DNA of 64,000 nucleotides from an uncultured delta proteobacterium (GTDB lineage Bacteria > Desulfobacterota > Binatia > UBA9968): assembly GCA_963745035.1 (NCBI GenBank), contig CAVUVW010000013.1, positions 128,001 to 192,000 of the forward strand. The letters are read 5' to 3'. The notes beneath the pieces are model-generated. The model did not search any database. It was not told where the DNA came from and saw nothing but the letters and a program-made list of their open reading frames with translations. Numbering within the stretch: the stretch's first letter is position 1; the number at the start of each line of letters is the position of its first letter. Below, in pieces: positions 61,570-64,000 of this stretch. Both the position numbers and the translations under genes were made by a program.

Positions 61570-63114
61570 ATGACTCCTGATCCCCACGAATATCTCGGCG
61601 ACGGACGCGGTCCGACAAAGAGACCGCACGCCTGCGTGCTGGTGATTTTCGGCGCGTCCGGCGATCTCACCAAGCGCAAGCTGATCCCGGCGCTCTACAA
61701 TCTCGCCCTGGAAAAGCGTTTGCCGGAGCGCTTCGCGGTGGTCGGCTATGCGCGCAGCGAAATGACCCACGAGGCGTTTCGCGAGAAGATGCGCGAAGAC
61801 GTCAAGGAATTCTCCCGCACCGGCTTGCAAGACGAAGCGGTGTGGCAGCAATTCGCGGACACGCTCTACTACGTGCGCGGCGGCTATGACGACACCGACG
61901 GCTTTCAAACTTTGAAAGAGTTCCTCGACGGCTTCGATCGCGGCAGCCGGGTCTTGCCGGCGCGGGTGTTTTACCTGGCGATCCCGCCGGATCTCTACGG
62001 CGTCACCGCGGAGCGCATCGCCACGGCCGGATTGGCAAATAAGGAAAGCGATGGCGAGACACGCAGCCGGGTGGTCATCGAAAAACCGTTCGGCGCCGAT
62101 CTCCAGACCGCGCGCGAGCTCAATCACCGGATTCACGAGGTTTTCGACGAGCGGCGAATCTACCGCATCGATCACTATCTCGGCAAAGAGACCGTGCAGA
62201 ACATCATGGTCTTTCGCTTGGCCAATGCCGTGTTCGAGCCGATCTGGAACCGGCGCTACATCGATCACGTGCAGATCACCGCGGCGGAATCGGTAGGAGT
62301 GGAAAACCGCGGCGGCTACTACGAGCAGGCCGGCGTGGTGCGCGACATGTTTCAAAACCATCTGCTCCAGCTCTTGTGCATGACCGCGATGGAGCCGCCG
62401 GTGGGACTCGACGCCGACGCGGTGCGCGACGAAAAGGGCAAGCTGCTCAAGTCGGTGCGCCCGGTAGTGTCCGAAGAGGTCGCCGCGGCGGCGGTGCGCG
62501 GCCAGTACGGCGCCGGCCGGATGGACGGACAGGAAGTCCCGGGCTACCGGCAGGAACCCGGAGTGGCGAAAAATTCCGCCAACGTGACCTACGCGGCGGT
62601 CCGGCTCTTCATCGATAATTGGCGCTGGGAGGGCGTGCCTTTTTACCTGCGCTCGGGCAAACGCATGCCCAAGCGCGTGACCGAGATCGCCATTCAGTTC
62701 AAACGCCCGCCGATGCTGCTTTTCAAAGCGCACGCCGTCGAGGACGTGAGCCCCAACGTGTTGGTGCTGCGCATTCAACCCGACGAGGGCGTGTCGCTCA
62801 CGTTCGAGGTTAAGCCGCCCGGCCACGACATGGTGATCCGCCCGTTGAGCCTCGACTTCAACTACGAGGAATCTTTCGGCAACAGCCCGCCCGAGGCGTA
62901 TGAAACGTTGCTCGAGGATTGCATCGAGGGCGATTCCACGCTGTTCACGCGCCACGATTGGGTGGAACTCGCTTGGTCGCTGATGGATCCGATCATCCAA
63001 GTCTGGAATCTCAGCCGGCCGCGAAATTTCCCAAACTATGACGCGGGCTCTTGGGGACCCAAGGAAGCCGATGAGTTCCTGGCGCGGGACGGGCGGCGCT
63101 GGCGTCGGCCGTAG
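61570..63114 (+). CDS. zwf: Glucose-6-phosphate 1-dehydrogenase
   Basis: GASGDL, EKPFG, RIDHYLGKE, RDMFQNHL, WEGVPFYLRSGK. Confidence 0.97.
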   Translation: MTPDPHEYLGDGRGPTKRPHACVLVIFGASGDLTKRKLIPALYNLALEKRLPERFAVVGYARSEMTHEAFREKMREDVKEFSRTGLQDEAVWQQFADTLYYVRGGYDDTDGFQTLKEFLDGFDRGSRVLPARVFYLAIPPDLYGVTAERIATAGLANKESDGETRSRVVIEKPFGADLQTARELNHRIHEVFDERRIYRIDHYLGKETVQNIMVFRLANAVFEPIWNRRYIDHVQITAAESVGVENRGGYYEQAGVVRDMFQNHLLQLLCMTAMEPPVGLDADAVRDEKGKLLKSVRPVVSEEVAAAAVRGQYGAGRMDGQEVPGYRQEPGVAKNSANVTYAAVRLFIDNWRWEGVPFYLRSGKRMPKRVTEIAIQFKRPPMLLFKAHAVEDVSPNVLVLRIQPDEGVSLTFEVKPPGHDMVIRPLSLDFNYEESFGNSPPEAYETLLEDCIEGDSTLFTRHDWVELAWSLMDPIIQVWNLSRPRNFPNYDAGSWGPKEADEFLARDGRRWRRP

Positions 63115-63138
63115 ATATTTTATCGAGACAGGCTCGAC

Positions 63139-64000
63139 ATGGCGGTTAGAAATCTAGTTCTCGCGGGCGACATCGGCGGCACGAAGACCAATCTCGCGCT
63201 GTTCTCGGTGCTCGGCGAGAAGCTTCACGCCGAATCGGCGCGCACTTTCCAGAGCAAGCAGATACTCCGGCCTGACGCCGATTTTGAAAGAGTTCGGCGA
63301 CAGCCGGCGCATCGAGGCGGCGTGCTTCGGCATCGCCGGTCCGGTGGTCGATGGCCGGGTGAAAACCACCAACCTCCCCTGGATCATCGATACCGAGCAA
63401 TTACGCCGGGCGCTGAAGCTCCAAGCCGTCCATTTGCTCAATGATCTCGAAGCCAGCGCTTTTGGTCTTTTCACGCTGGAGGACGACGACTTTTTGACTC
63501 TCAACGAAGGGGAGATGCGTCACGCCGGCAACAAGGCGTTGATCGCCGCCGGCACCGGCCTCGGGCAGTCGATCCTTTACGACGACGGGCATCACTTTCA
63601 TCCGCTCGCCTCTGAGGGCGGCCACGGCGATTACGCTCCGCGCAACGAAATCGAAATCGAGCTGCTGCGCTACTTGACGGCGCGCTTCGGCCACGTGAGC
63701 TACGAGCGGGTGATTTCCGGGCCGGGGCTCGTCAACATTTATCATTTCTTGAAAGAAGCGCGCGGCATGGCCGAGCCGGCGGCGCTGGCGGAGAGGTTCG
63801 CCGCCGGCGAGGACGCCGGCGCGGTGATCTCGCAGGCGGCCCTGGCCAACGAGTTCGAGATCTGCGTCCAGGCGCTCGATTTGTTCGTGTCGGCGTACGG
63901 CGCCGAGGCCGGCAATCTGGCGCTGCGCGCCAAGTCGGTGCGCGGCCTTTACGTCGGCGGCGGGATCGCGCCGAAGATCGTTTCCAAGCTCAAGGACGGC
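63139..64000 (+). CDS. glk: Glucokinase (partial; indel near 63262)
   Basis: LAGDIGGTKT, ACFGIAGPV, TNLPW, LNDLEA, GTGLG, SEGGH, VGGGIAPK; runs off the window end. Confidence 0.93.

Noticed and set aside
126-63300. More than 20 frameshifted genes as mass pseudogenisation or recoding
   Set aside because: The breaks are single-base indels scattered through housekeeping genes too (AddA-like, tal-pgi, glk), with motifs intact and no nonsense decay; this is typical of long-read consensus error. Only prfB has a recoding signal.

Overview
GC-rich bacterial chromosomal segment. The gene repertoire (expanded NMT1-type binding proteins, LLM/cupin/CoA-transferase/MetE-like paralogues, short intergenic repeats) resembles uncultured Binatia/Deltaproteobacteria-like MAGs; this is a low-confidence inference. 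More than 20 otherwise intact genes are broken by single-base indels, probably long-read consensus errors. Contents in order: end of a sugar ABC transporter; mixed metabolic genes (tandem family III CoA-transferases, MmgE/PrpD, MFS, S1/P1 nuclease, MetE-like, amidohydrolase); a SelO/YdiU AMPylase; RNase HI; AddB/AddA-type helicase-nuclease; GST and glyoxalase; a ~14 kb RpiR-associated catabolic region (xanthine-dehydrogenase-family Mo enzyme, two LLMs, alpha/beta hydrolase, bicupin, two OCD/mu-crystallin proteins, M24 peptidase, isochorismatase, binding protein); ferredoxin, ybeY and prfB with its programmed frameshift; an ECF sigma/zinc anti-sigma pair divergent from a redoxin, a Met-rich peptide and an arsM/arsS arsenosugar-type cluster; and a pentose-phosphate operon (tkt-rpiB-tal/pgi-gnd-zwf-glk). 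Top signals: (1) SelO ends YRTF-UGA-GT-stop with a bacterial-SECIS-like hairpin, so it is a probable bacterial selenocysteine SelO; (2) three copies of a GGAACTT-N14/15-CGTT ECF promoter suggest a local redox regulon; (3) a probably uncharacterised N-compound catabolic island with a visible RpiR-type operator pair and intercistronic 8-nt-period hairpin arrays. No rRNA, tRNA, CRISPR array or transposase was recognised. Family assignments come from motif recognition, not database searches.
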